Positions 25,000 through 33,889 are shown, counted from the stretch's first letter. The stretch: 55,764 nucleotides of DNA from Candidatus Moranbacteria bacterium RIFOXYA12_FULL_35_19 (GCA_001784805.1 MFSE01000013.1:1-55764), one strand, 5' to 3'. Numbers and translations: made by a program. Notes: a model not told the origin generated them from the letters alone.

Positions 25000-25830
25000 A
25001 TGAATAACAAATTAGAAGAATTGGGTTTTAATAAAAAAGAAGCCCGAGTGTATATGGCTCTCTTAGAATCAGGACCGGCTCCTGTTTCTAAAATTGCACG
25101 CTTAGCAAAAATAAACAGAACGACTGGTTATGATATCTTAGAAAGATTAGTAGGGAAAAAACTAGTTAGACCCTCAAAGAAATCGGGAAAAATTGTTTAT
25201 ATAGCTGAAAATCCAGAAAATATTCAAAAACTCTTAGAAGAAGAGGCAAATAATTATTTAAGAATGTCAAAAAAAGCTTGTGAATTATTGCCGAATTTAA
25301 AATCTTTGTATCTTGAGATTGAAAACAAGCCGATTGTCAAATTTTATGAAGGATTAGAAGGCTTAAAATCACTTTATGAAGATAGTTTAACTAGTAGCGA
25401 AGAAATTCGTTCCTATACTTCAACTACTGACTTAAATGAAGTTCTGGGAAAATATGCGGAAGACTATTTTAGTAGAAGATCCTCGAAAAATATTTCTATT
25501 CGATCCATTGTACCAGTAGCTGAATACGGAATTAAGTTAAAACGTAATGGTCCAAAATTAAAGCGCTATGTTAAGCTTGTTCCTTCAGACCGCTTTGGCT
25601 TTTCGCCAGAAATCTATATTTATGATAACAAACTAACCGTTATGTCTTTACGAGAACGTTTTGGAGTTTATATTGAGAGCAAGGAAATATCTGAAGCGCT
25701 AAAAAAATCTTATGAACTTGCATGGGAACAAGCTGATAAATATGATAGAAAAATTGAAGAAGATATAAAAGCTGGCAAAGAAATTACCTTAACAAAAAAC
25801 GGTAAGCTTTATAAAAAATCCTTACAGTAA
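25000..25830 (+). CDS. TrmB-family transcriptional regulator, paralog 4
   Basis: wHTH KKEARVYMALLESGPAPVSKIARLAKINRTTGYDILERLVGKKLV. Confidence 0.8.
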   Translation: MNNKLEELGFNKKEARVYMALLESGPAPVSKIARLAKINRTTGYDILERLVGKKLVRPSKKSGKIVYIAENPENIQKLLEEEANNYLRMSKKACELLPNLKSLYLEIENKPIVKFYEGLEGLKSLYEDSLTSSEEIRSYTSTTDLNEVLGKYAEDYFSRRSSKNISIRSIVPVAEYGIKLKRNGPKLKRYVKLVPSDRFGFSPEIYIYDNKLTVMSLRERFGVYIESKEISEALKKSYELAWEQADKYDRKIEEDIKAGKEITLTKNGKLYKKSLQ

Positions 25831-25857
25831 CATTTCACTCCACCCAATATTTCTTCA

Positions 25858-26322
25858 TTAATTCTTTTTCAAGATTTTTTTAGCTTCTTTCAAAAAATCC
25901 CCTGCACTTTCCAACATACTTTCAGTTCCGGTTTTGTCAAAATCGCCATAATAATCAGCATTTTCGCGAAGAGATTTTCCCAGTTGAAGTGCTTCTAAGA
26001 ATTTATAACTCAAAATATTTTCTGAAATATACAAAGACTTTAAGGCCTCCATCAAACAAAAATGACTTTTCTCGCGATAACCTTTTTTATAAATCAAAGC
26101 TCTGGCCGTATGAAACATTGAATAATAAGTTTGGATTGTGCTCCATTTATAATTCTTTTGCACAAAACTATCTTGGGCTATTTTCAAATCTTCCTTGGCT
26201 AAATCCAATTCTTTCGAAACTAACTGTCTGGCTTTGGAAAATGTTTTTATTTTTCCTCTCTCTAAACATTTTTCAAATTCCCTAGTCTTCATTTTTTTCC
26301 CAAAGCACTCTGCCTTTTTCAA
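25858..26322 (-). CDS. HEPN-domain protein (toxin-like partner of MNT)
   Basis: Helical HEPN-like sequence (AKEDLKIAQDSF...YYSMFHTARALIYKKGYREKSH...LRENADY). It overlaps the upstream MNT gene. The start could instead be the ATG at 26292. Confidence 0.65.
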   Translation of the reverse strand: MKKAECFGKKMKTREFEKCLERGKIKTFSKARQLVSKELDLAKEDLKIAQDSFVQKNYKWSTIQTYYSMFHTARALIYKKGYREKSHFCLMEALKSLYISENILSYKFLEALQLGKSLRENADYYGDFDKTGTESMLESAGDFLKEAKKILKKN

Positions 26323-26818
26323 TCTCTTGAAAAAGCAAGGGCTTATTTTTATTAATTTTTATCATTTCAATAGGAGTTTTTGCAATTAGTTGAATTTTTT
26401 CCACAAAAAAAGAATTATTTATTATTTTTCTGACATTTTTCAAATTGTTTGTGAGAATAAAAAGATCAATATCACTGTCTTTCTTGTTGGTTCCGCTGGC
26501 AAATGATCCAAATAAAATAATTTTTATACTTTCCAGTCTTAATTTTTCCACCAAAGGCTCAAGCGCCAAAATATTCAAAAGAATTTTCATCTCCCGAATT
26601 AAATTGTTTTTAACATCAGCCCTGTAAAGAGAGCTTCTGCCAATTTTTCTGTGACTTATCAATTTATTTCTAACTAAAAGATGCAACGCTAAATTAACCG
26701 CCGATTTCTTGACACCTGTTTTTTTGGAAATTTCTTTTTCTTGAAATTCTTCTCCGACATTTTCGCATATAAAAGCTAATATCTTTTGTTGAGAAGTAGT
26801 AAAAAATAGCTCTTTCAT
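26282..26818 (-). CDS. wHTH plus minimal nucleotidyltransferase (MNT) protein
   Basis: LFGSFASGTNKKDSDIDLFILT is the GSxxxG...SDxDL signature. An N-terminal wHTH is present. Confidence 0.75.
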   Translation of the reverse strand: MKELFFTTSQQKILAFICENVGEEFQEKEISKKTGVKKSAVNLALHLLVRNKLISHRKIGRSSLYRADVKNNLIREMKILLNILALEPLVEKLRLESIKIILFGSFASGTNKKDSDIDLFILTNNLKNVRKIINNSFFVEKIQLIAKTPIEMIKINKNKPLLFQEIEKGRVLWEKNED

Positions 26819-26852
26819 GGTTTTATATTATATTCCATTATTTTGGATATAT

Positions 26853-26868
26853 TTCCATTATAATGGAA
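26853..26868. promoter_or_regulatory. Perfect 16-bp palindrome upstream of the MNT/HEPN operon (putative operator)
   Basis: TTCCATTA|TAATGGAA, plus an extra half-site TTCCATTA at 26833-26840. Confidence 0.5.
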
Positions 26869-26956
26869 CATAGCAAATATGTCAACTATTCCGCGCGCTC
26901 TGCCTTTTTTATTTTGCATTTTTATTTTATACCCTAGTTTTCAACAACATCCCTTG

Positions 26957-26993
26957 TCTCACTTTTATGCATATGCACAAAGCTGATTATTCT
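26957..26993 (+). promoter_or_regulatory. TGCATATGCA palindrome motif, copy 4
   Basis: TCTCACTTTTATGCATATGCACAAAGCTGATTATT. Closely matches copy 3 at 9207-9242. Confidence 0.45.
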
Positions 26994-27199
26994 AATTTTT
27001 TTGGAAATACTTCAATTATCTCGGAAAGAATATCGTACACTCTTACTCTCTCATTAAAGTTGAGCTTTTTGAAAAGCTTAGGCTCCACCCTAAAGCTCAA
27101 CTTTTTTACTTATCTACTCACATGACTATTGCACAGCATATTATAGAAAAGTCAGGACTATTTGATATTATAGTAAAGAATAGTCTTTTTTTGTTTTTT

Positions 27200-27232
27200 G
27201 TTTTATGCTATATGCTTCATGCTACATGTTTT
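27200..27232. repeat. CATG-word element, intergenic copy
   Basis: GTTTTATGCTATATGCTTCATGCTACATGTTTT, next to the TrmB stop codon. Confidence 0.55.
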
Positions 27233-27976
27233 TTATATCGCCACACTATTCCAAATCATATCAAAAATTGCCTTTTGCGCTTCGGCAAATTCGTGCGATT
27301 GGATAATAAAGCCTAATTTTTCCTCTTTCGTCGAAATCATCGCTACCTTGTCATCATAAATACAAACATATGGCTTGATAATAATTTCTTCTGGTACAAA
27401 CCGCACCTCGCGAAGTTCTTTGGCATGAATGATACCAGCTTCTCTTTCGGGTTTATATTTAAAAGAACGCAACGCTTGACTCTTGATTCCAGTCTTAATT
27501 CTTCTTTCTACAAAATCATCCACAAATTCCTTGCCCATCAACTCTTCCAAGTTAAAATCTGAAAGATAATATCTTTCTTTTTTCTCTTTATTGGTAAGAG
27601 CGTCTTCAAAAAGTTTTTTCATCCCACTGATATTTCGATAAATTTTAATTTCTGGTTGATAAATACCTGCGCCAAAAATATTTTTTAATTCAGGAATTGA
27701 ATATTGAATGATTTTTTTTCTTTCTTCTAGCAAATTATTCAGGCTAATTTCAGGATCTTCTGCTACGTAGAACTTTTTATTATCCAAAATAATTTGAACT
27801 ACCAAATTTTTTCCAAGCAAAGAATCCAAGCAATGATAAACGGTTGTTCTTTTGACTTCTGCCAATCTAGCAATCTGAGCCACAGTCGCTTTTTTGAGCT
27901 TTAAAAGAGCCAAATAAATGTCTTTTTCTTTGCCCAAAATACCTAAATATTCAAAATTTTTATCTAAATTTTCCAT
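27233..27976 (-). CDS. TrmB-family transcriptional regulator, paralog 5
   Basis: wHTH KEKDIYLALLKLKKATVAQIARLAEVKRTTVYHCLDSLLGKNLV. Confidence 0.8.
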   Translation of the reverse strand: MENLDKNFEYLGILGKEKDIYLALLKLKKATVAQIARLAEVKRTTVYHCLDSLLGKNLVVQIILDNKKFYVAEDPEISLNNLLEERKKIIQYSIPELKNIFGAGIYQPEIKIYRNISGMKKLFEDALTNKEKKERYYLSDFNLEELMGKEFVDDFVERRIKTGIKSQALRSFKYKPEREAGIIHAKELREVRFVPEEIIIKPYVCIYDDKVAMISTKEEKLGFIIQSHEFAEAQKAIFDMIWNSVAI

Positions 27977-28080
27977 TACATTTTACTTTTTGTCGACATT
28001 TATGGTTGTTATTTATATTCTATATTATCCCTTAAATAAAGTCAATATGCCTTATTTTTATATCAAGATAACCCTATTCA

Positions 28081-28109
28081 TTGACAATTTTGCAATTTTA
28101 GAGTATACT
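28081..28109 (+). promoter_or_regulatory. Sigma-70-like promoter
   Basis: TTGACA (28081-28086), 17-nt spacer, TATACT (28104-28109). Confidence 0.55.
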
Positions 28110-28191
28110 ACACTGTTACGATGAAATTGGTTCATCAGTAACAATAAAAAAAACGAGTTCGTTGAAAATTGAATAATAAAGGAGAGGGGAA

Positions 28192-28545
28192 ATGACAAAT
28201 AAAACATGTTTGAGTGTTTTAGTTTTAACGGACAACATTCACGCCAATAATTTAAAAGAGGAATTAGAGTTCCTCATTAATAGAAACAATGGGGCTACTT
28301 GTACGAGTAACGCAGAAAATCCTCCGGAGGTCGTGGTAATAATAAATTACATGGGAGGCTATAAATATTACGTAGAAGATTTCCATCCTAAAGAAAAGAT
28401 TATCGTATTTGATTTATGTGCCAGAGGACCCTTTCGAGTAAAAAATATTCCATCGAATGTTGTTGTAAACTATTGCATTGAAGAAGTAATGACCACGCTA
28501 TACAATATTTATCTAAAAAAGATAGTTATAAAAAGGGGTGAGTGA
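28192..28545 (+). CDS. Hypothetical protein (117 aa)
   Basis: SD AAAGGAGAGGGG before the ATG. Terminator hairpin at 28563-28600. Confidence 0.5.
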   Translation: MTNKTCLSVLVLTDNIHANNLKEELEFLINRNNGATCTSNAENPPEVVVIINYMGGYKYYVEDFHPKEKIIVFDLCARGPFRVKNIPSNVVVNYCIEEVMTTLYNIYLKKIVIKRGE

Positions 28546-28669
28546 ATAAGGAGTATTAACCAAAGGCAGTTGATCAAACCTGATCACTGCCTTTTTTCTT
28601 TTTTATTGTATTAAATTTCAAATCTTTAACTGAACACAGTTTCCGCCTCTTTTTATTTTCAAAAACTTA

Positions 28670-29464
28670 TTACATTTTTTCTGCAACTATTATTTGAAAA
28701 AATGGTGTTTTATATTCATCCGGATATTCGTTTTTTAATTCTTCTGGGGCAGTAATTTCCCTAAACTCAACAATCCTTAATCCTGCTTTTGCAAAAGCAT
28801 TTATATATTCACCCAGTGTTCGATGTTTGTGTTGAATAATCGTTTTTGATCCATCTTGTGAATTCAAAGTTATTTTTATTTGAAAATGTTCTTTATACCC
28901 TCCCTCTTTTACCGCTTCCCTAGTTGTGTCTTTTGTGTGATGCATATATTCAGTTACCGCATGAGGGTCAAGTGCAATAATTTGTCCTCCTTTTATTATT
29001 TTTTCACTAGCTTTTTTCAAAATTTCTGACATATTTTCAACTGGATCAATGTTATGAAGCACGAAAGAAAAAATCCCTTTTTCAAATAGTTCCTCTTTTA
29101 TTTCTGAAATTTCATCTATCTTCATTAGATCACTTTGAAAATATCTAATCCCTTGAGACAATGCCTCCTCTTCTTTTTTTGCTCTGTTCAACATGCCTTC
29201 CGATCTTTCTATTCCAGTTACCGAAGCTCCATTTTTTGCTAAAATTCTTGCCATATTCCCAGGACCTGAACCTAAATCTAAAATTTTCTTATTTTGCACT
29301 TCGCCAATAGTTTTAACGAATTCTTTTTCTACTACTTCTTTTTCAAAACCAGACCATTCATAAGATGAAGCCATTTTGTCCCATTGTTTTTCAATTTGTT
29401 CAGAAACCATTTCACTTTTTTGAGGAACACTATTTGTATCGATAAAACTTTTTTCACTAGGCAT
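28670..29464 (-). CDS. Class I SAM-dependent methyltransferase
   Basis: Motif I ILDLGSGPGNMARIL, then the acidic loop VTGIERSEGM. Confidence 0.8.
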   Translation of the reverse strand: MPSEKSFIDTNSVPQKSEMVSEQIEKQWDKMASSYEWSGFEKEVVEKEFVKTIGEVQNKKILDLGSGPGNMARILAKNGASVTGIERSEGMLNRAKKEEEALSQGIRYFQSDLMKIDEISEIKEELFEKGIFSFVLHNIDPVENMSEILKKASEKIIKGGQIIALDPHAVTEYMHHTKDTTREAVKEGGYKEHFQIKITLNSQDGSKTIIQHKHRTLGEYINAFAKAGLRIVEFREITAPEELKNEYPDEYKTPFFQIIVAEKM

Positions 29465-29535
29465 ATTTATAATGTTAATTTGTTAATAATAATTATGTGT
29501 TTTATTCCACCCAATATTTTTTCTTCCTCAAAAAA

Positions 29536-29829
29536 TTATTTTTCAACAATAAATTTTCCTTGGCTAATATCTTTGAGAAGATCCAATGTTGCTTTAACGG
29601 AAGAATTCTCTGTGTTTTTCATGGTCAGCCTATCGCCGAATTTATTTTGTAGTGGAGTCAAAAATTCATCTCCCCAAGAAGGCGTGAAAGTGTTGACTCC
29701 TTCAAAGTCAATTTCAATTTTTTCATTTTCACCAACTGAATTCAAGACAGGCTGAAAAGCCGCCAAAGCTTCCTTGCCGGCTTGGCGCGAAATCAAAGTA
29801 GTTCCAAATTTTTTTAGTTGTATAATCAT
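29536..29829 (-). CDS. STAS-like DUF4325 protein
   Basis: 97 aa. ISRQAGKEA...IEIDFEGVNTFTPSWGDEF matches the DUF4325 pattern. Confidence 0.6.
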   Translation of the reverse strand: MIIQLKKFGTTLISRQAGKEALAAFQPVLNSVGENEKIEIDFEGVNTFTPSWGDEFLTPLQNKFGDRLTMKNTENSSVKATLDLLKDISQGKFIVEK

Positions 29830-29833
29830 AAAG

Positions 29834-30580
29834 TTAGCTTAAAAAATTTATCAAAACCAAACATCCATTCAAAACCTCCGCCTGTTTTTCAATTGGCAAA
29901 TCGACATCTCCTTTTTTAAGTTCCAATTTTGCCGAACCAGTTTGAAATGAAATTCGCATATCATTAGCCACGATAACTTTTCTCACAAACTTCAATCCAT
30001 TTCCCCTGGCTTCAGGCGCTCGCCCAGAAATAATTTCAGAAAAAGCAACCTCTAAAGCTTGTTCATCTGAAACTAAATCAGGCTTCACTCTTTTTAGAGT
30101 TTTAAAAATTCCCTGTCCGCGATCTGCCAAAACGACTTCTCTTTTCTTTATATCATAACCAAAAAACACTCCAGGAACATCTCGCCAATTTCCTAAATTA
30201 TGATCAAAAGAATTATTGCCAATTTCCCCAACAATAGCAGATAATAAGGGATATAATTCACTTAATCCATCGATTTGGCGCAAATTATTTTCAAATCTCA
30301 TCAATCGTGTTTGAAAAATCAAACTATTAGTACAATAAAATAATGCTTCCGGTTCTTTTGAATCAGGATTTGAGACCCATTCTTTTGCATCCCTGAAAAG
30401 ATTTGAAGCTGAAATTATAGATTGATTGATAAAACTTTCGACATCGCTTTCCCTATAAAAGCGCTTTCCACTTTTTCTAATTGCTAAAAAACGCCCTTTT
30501 TTATCCCAACGGCGCAAAGTATCAATAGAAACTCCTATTTTTTTGGCTGTTTCGCCAATAGATATCAATTTTAGGCTCAT
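29834..30580 (-). CDS. MerR-type HTH fused to a GHKL (histidine-kinase-like) ATPase domain
   Basis: N-terminus ISIGETAKKIGVSIDTLRRWDKKG. C-terminus EIGNNSFDH...LADRGQGI...GNGLKFV has N, G1 and G2-like boxes. Confidence 0.55.
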   Translation of the reverse strand: MSLKLISIGETAKKIGVSIDTLRRWDKKGRFLAIRKSGKRFYRESDVESFINQSIISASNLFRDAKEWVSNPDSKEPEALFYCTNSLIFQTRLMRFENNLRQIDGLSELYPLLSAIVGEIGNNSFDHNLGNWRDVPGVFFGYDIKKREVVLADRGQGIFKTLKRVKPDLVSDEQALEVAFSEIISGRAPEARGNGLKFVRKVIVANDMRISFQTGSAKLELKKGDVDLPIEKQAEVLNGCLVLINFLS

Positions 30581-30625
30581 TTTAGGTATTTTTTTACTAT
30601 AACACTATTTTAGCACATATTCTAC

Positions 30626-30665
30626 ACCTATGCAAGTAGTTATTATACCTATGCATACCTATGCA
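30626..30665. promoter_or_regulatory. Three direct copies of ACCTATGCA upstream of the MerR-GHKL gene
   Basis: Copies at 30626-30634, 30647-30655 and 30657-30665. Confidence 0.5.
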
Positions 30666-30683
30666 GATAGTGGCCTAACCTGG

Positions 30684-32264
30684 CTATTCTACCCAATACT
30701 TCTTCTTCATTAATTCTTCCTCCTCTTTTTTTTCTTCTTCAATTTTTTTCTTAGCCATCACGCGAAGATCGTTAAGATCTTTTTTATTTAAAGCTTTCGC
30801 CAAATTTAATAAATCTTTTTTATTATTCAGTTTTTGATCATCAATCACCTCGGCTAGCATCACATCCAAGATTGCCCCGATTTTTGGTCCGGGTTGGATT
30901 TTTAAATCTTGAATTAGATCATTGCCATTAATTGCAAGCTGTTTAACTGAAATGGCATCATGCGAAACTTTTTCTACCATGAATTTGAAATGGCGCAGTT
31001 TGTATGGCACGGCTTTGGCCACGCCTGAACCCAACCGATCAGCAATTCGTACATCGATTAAATCATTGATATTTTCCACGCCAACTTTTTGCACTACCCG
31101 ACGCACACCTGATTCACCCACTTCATCTATGTTGTAGTAGAACATATGATTTTTCACAAGCATCACAGTTTTCTCAATAATTTTCCGAGGATATTTCATC
31201 CGTTCCAAAATTTTCTCCACCATTTTTGCCCCAACATATTCGTGCGAATAGAAAGTTGCCATTTCTCCCTCGCCTCTTTTTGATTTCGGTTTTCCAATGT
31301 CATGCAAAAATGAAGCCAAGCGCACTTCCAATTTTTCTGACGGACATTTTTCCAAACTTGCAAGAAGATGGGCATAAACCGTATTGTATGGTCCAAAATA
31401 ATGATGACGGTTTTGTTTCACGCCAATAGTTCCCAAAATTTCAGGAATAAAATAATCGATCAATTTTGTTTCCATTAAAAGTTCCACGCCCTTGCTTGGA
31501 TTTTTTGAAAGAATTATTTTATCAAATTCATCTCTAATTCTTTCGATTGAAACATATTTTAGATTTTTAGCATTTTTCTTAATCGCCTCGAAAGTTTTTT
31601 CTTCAATCTCCCATTCGCCTTCCCCCTTCTCCTTTATAAGGAGAGGGTTGCCCGCCTGCCGGCGAGGCAGGAGGTGAGGTGTATTTCTTCCGAGCTGAAC
31701 AGCGAAACGGATCGCTCTCATCATCCGAAGCGCATCCTCATCAAATCTTTCCCCCGCCTCCCCCACCGCGCGAATTATTTTATTCTTAAGATCTTTTTGC
31801 CCGCTGAACAAATCGATAATTTCATATTTGTTTTTTGTTTCATATTTCATGTTATATGTTACATGAATTGCCATAGCATTCACCGTAAAATCTCTTCTCG
31901 AAAGATCTTCTTCCAAAGTTTTGGCAAATTTCACCTCGTCTGGATGACGCTTGTCAGAATATTTTGATTCAATGCGATATGTCGTTATTTCCACATTCGG
32001 CCCATCCCAATCTTTTTCTTCTACGCCCTCAATATATTTCAAAGGCAACATCACTGTCCCAAAATCATTTTCATATTTCCCATCCGGAAAAATTTTCAAA
32101 ATCTCTTTCGGCTTCGCATTAGTCGCCACATCCCAATCCTTCGGATCCGCTCCCAATAATAAATCCCTCACACATCCACCCACCACAAACGCCTCAAAAC
32201 CAGCCCCTTCGAGCTTTCCAATAACTTCTATTATATAATGTGGAAATTCTATTTTTTTAGTCAT
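30684..32264 (-). CDS. cca: CCA-adding tRNA nucleotidyltransferase with HD domain
   Basis: GGCVRDLLLG and RRDFTVNA head-domain motifs, then an HD domain (FLHDIGK). 12 of the 13 tRNA genes here lack an encoded CCA. Confidence 0.85.
   Translation of the reverse strand: MTKKIEFPHYIIEVIGKLEGAGFEAFVVGGCVRDLLLGADPKDWDVATNAKPKEILKIFPDGKYENDFGTVMLPLKYIEGVEEKDWDGPNVEITTYRIESKYSDKRHPDEVKFAKTLEEDLSRRDFTVNAMAIHVTYNMKYETKNKYEIIDLFSGQKDLKNKIIRAVGEAGERFDEDALRMMRAIRFAVQLGRNTPHLLPRRQAGNPLLIKEKGEGEWEIEEKTFEAIKKNAKNLKYVSIERIRDEFDKIILSKNPSKGVELLMETKLIDYFIPEILGTIGVKQNRHHYFGPYNTVYAHLLASLEKCPSEKLEVRLASFLHDIGKPKSKRGEGEMATFYSHEYVGAKMVEKILERMKYPRKIIEKTVMLVKNHMFYYNIDEVGESGVRRVVQKVGVENINDLIDVRIADRLGSGVAKAVPYKLRHFKFMVEKVSHDAISVKQLAINGNDLIQDLKIQPGPKIGAILDVMLAEVIDDQKLNNKKDLLNLAKALNKKDLNDLRVMAKKKIEEEKKEEEELMKKKYWVE
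31619..31683. repeat. GC-rich palindromic module block inside cca
   Basis: CCCCTTCTCCTTTATAAGGAGAGGG + CCCGCCTGCCGGCGAGGCAGG + AGGTGAGGT, the same modules as at 36087-36162. Encodes TPHLLPRRQAGNPLLIKEKGEG on the minus strand. Confidence 0.7.
31838..31868. repeat. CATG-word element inside cca
   Basis: GTTTCATATTTCATGTTATATGTTACATGAA encodes HVTYNMKYET. Confidence 0.55.
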
Positions 32265-32328
32265 AAATTTCTACCTTTATAATATCTTCTATATCATATT
32301 TTCGCAAATATTTAAGAAAATATAAAAA

Positions 32329-32360
32329 GAGCCAAGTTTGTGTGATAACAAACTTGGCTC
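32329..32360 (-). terminator. Rho-independent terminator
   Basis: 13-bp stem GAGCCAAGTTTGT/ACAAACTTGGCTC, followed by a T-run on the minus strand. Confidence 0.7.
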
Positions 32361-32384
32361 AAACTTTAGTGGTTAGCGAGTTTT

Positions 32385-32921
32385 CTAGGCCGACTCGCTT
32401 TCGGCCTTACTTCGTTTTTTAAACACCTCCTTTAATTTCTGAGTAAAAAGAACTTCGTCCCCAACATAAACAATTTCACTTCCAACAGGAACACAACGCT
32501 GCTTAATTTTTCTTATTAAATCCTCCAATTCTTTTCTTAGAGAAAAGTCGTCAAAAAATTTTTCTACTCCTCCTGGATAATATTGGAGATCTTCCATCAT
32601 ATAAAATTCCTCTTTTTCCAAAAGAGCTTCGAGGATTTCTTTATCGAAAACTCGTTTTTGTTCCAATCTGCAGAAATCAAACACTACCACTGGGAGATAT
32701 TTAATCGTCAACAAAACATCTTCCTTCGTTACCTCTTTTTCAGGCCAAAGAATTGGTAAATCCCCAACACCAATAAGAGATCTGCCCATATCAGGAGCTC
32801 CATTGGGGTAATATCCGACTTTTTTAAAAAACCCCTGAATTTCGTTCCAAGGAACCGGGAGTTCCTTATAGGATTTTATGGCCTCTATAATTCTTTCTCT
32901 TGTTTTATCATCCATTTTCAT
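32385..32921 (-). CDS. Hypothetical protein (178 aa)
   Basis: SD AAAGGAGAGATG context. No family recognised. Confidence 0.5.
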   Translation of the reverse strand: MKMDDKTRERIIEAIKSYKELPVPWNEIQGFFKKVGYYPNGAPDMGRSLIGVGDLPILWPEKEVTKEDVLLTIKYLPVVVFDFCRLEQKRVFDKEILEALLEKEEFYMMEDLQYYPGGVEKFFDDFSLRKELEDLIRKIKQRCVPVGSEIVYVGDEVLFTQKLKEVFKKRSKAESESA

Positions 32922-33130
32922 CTCTCCTTTTTTATTAAATTTTCAAAGATCTCTGTTAAGCCTCCAATTGACCTATTCAATTTTTTAGCTTAACAAAAGA
33001 GTATAGCATACTATTTTTATTTTGTCAACCCTTTTTGATGATAATCTTGTATTATTTTGATATTTTGCTTTATATTAGCCTAAATATTAAATAATTAAGC
33101 AAAGATTTATTTGCTATTTTTCTTCCCTTG

Positions 33131-33139
33131 TGCTATAAT
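33131..33139 (+). promoter_or_regulatory. Extended -10 box, leaderless arrangement
   Basis: TGCTATAAT ends 6 nt before the ATG at 33146. Shares TATAATTGAG with the promoter at 7412-7421. Confidence 0.5.
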
Positions 33140-33145
33140 TGAGCC

Positions 33146-33889
33146 ATGATAAAAAACATTTTCAAAAAACAGCTGATTAGTCTTGGTTTTAGTGATCACG
33201 AGGCGGATATCTATCTAGTTCTACTAGAAAATGGACATTCTTCGACTGGACCAATTATCAAAAAAACTAATTTGCATCGAAATATCGTCTATGAAACACT
33301 AAATAAGTTAGTTAACAAGAAATTTGTTTCTGAATCTAATCAACGAGGCATAAAACACTACAAAGCTCTCAATCCAGAAAAAATATTGCATCATAAAGAA
33401 GAACAATTCAATCTTGCTCAAAATCTAATCCCCCAACTTAAGGATTTACAAACTAAAGAAAAAGTTGAGGTAGTTTTATATGAAGGTTTAAGCGGTTTTC
33501 AGACAGCTCTTAAAAACGCAATTGATAGAATTGCTCCCAATCAAAATATATTGGTTTTAGCAACTGGAGGAGAATTTTTTTACAAAAATATTGGCAATGC
33601 TCTTAAATATTACGACAAAAAAAGAAAAGAGAAAAAAATCAATATCAAAATGATTTATCAATCTTCCAAAAACGAAAGCCTGGCAAAAACTACACGCCTT
33701 AGACCACTTATGGAAGTTAAATATATTGAATCTCCTTTTTTGCCAATTTCTGAAATTGAAATTATGGAAAATACAATTTTAATGCAAATTTATTCTGATC
33801 CTCCCGTGGTAATTGAAATATCCAGCAAAGAAGTCGCTGATAGTTATAGAAATCACTTTACTGATCTTTGGGAGAAAGCTAAAAAATAA
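33146..33889 (+). CDS. TrmB-family transcriptional regulator, paralog 6
   Basis: wHTH DHEADIYLVLLENGHSSTGPIIKKTNLHRNIVYETLNKLVNKKFV. Confidence 0.75.
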   Translation: MIKNIFKKQLISLGFSDHEADIYLVLLENGHSSTGPIIKKTNLHRNIVYETLNKLVNKKFVSESNQRGIKHYKALNPEKILHHKEEQFNLAQNLIPQLKDLQTKEKVEVVLYEGLSGFQTALKNAIDRIAPNQNILVLATGGEFFYKNIGNALKYYDKKRKEKKINIKMIYQSSKNESLAKTTRLRPLMEVKYIESPFLPISEIEIMENTILMQIYSDPPVVIEISSKEVADSYRNHFTDLWEKAKK

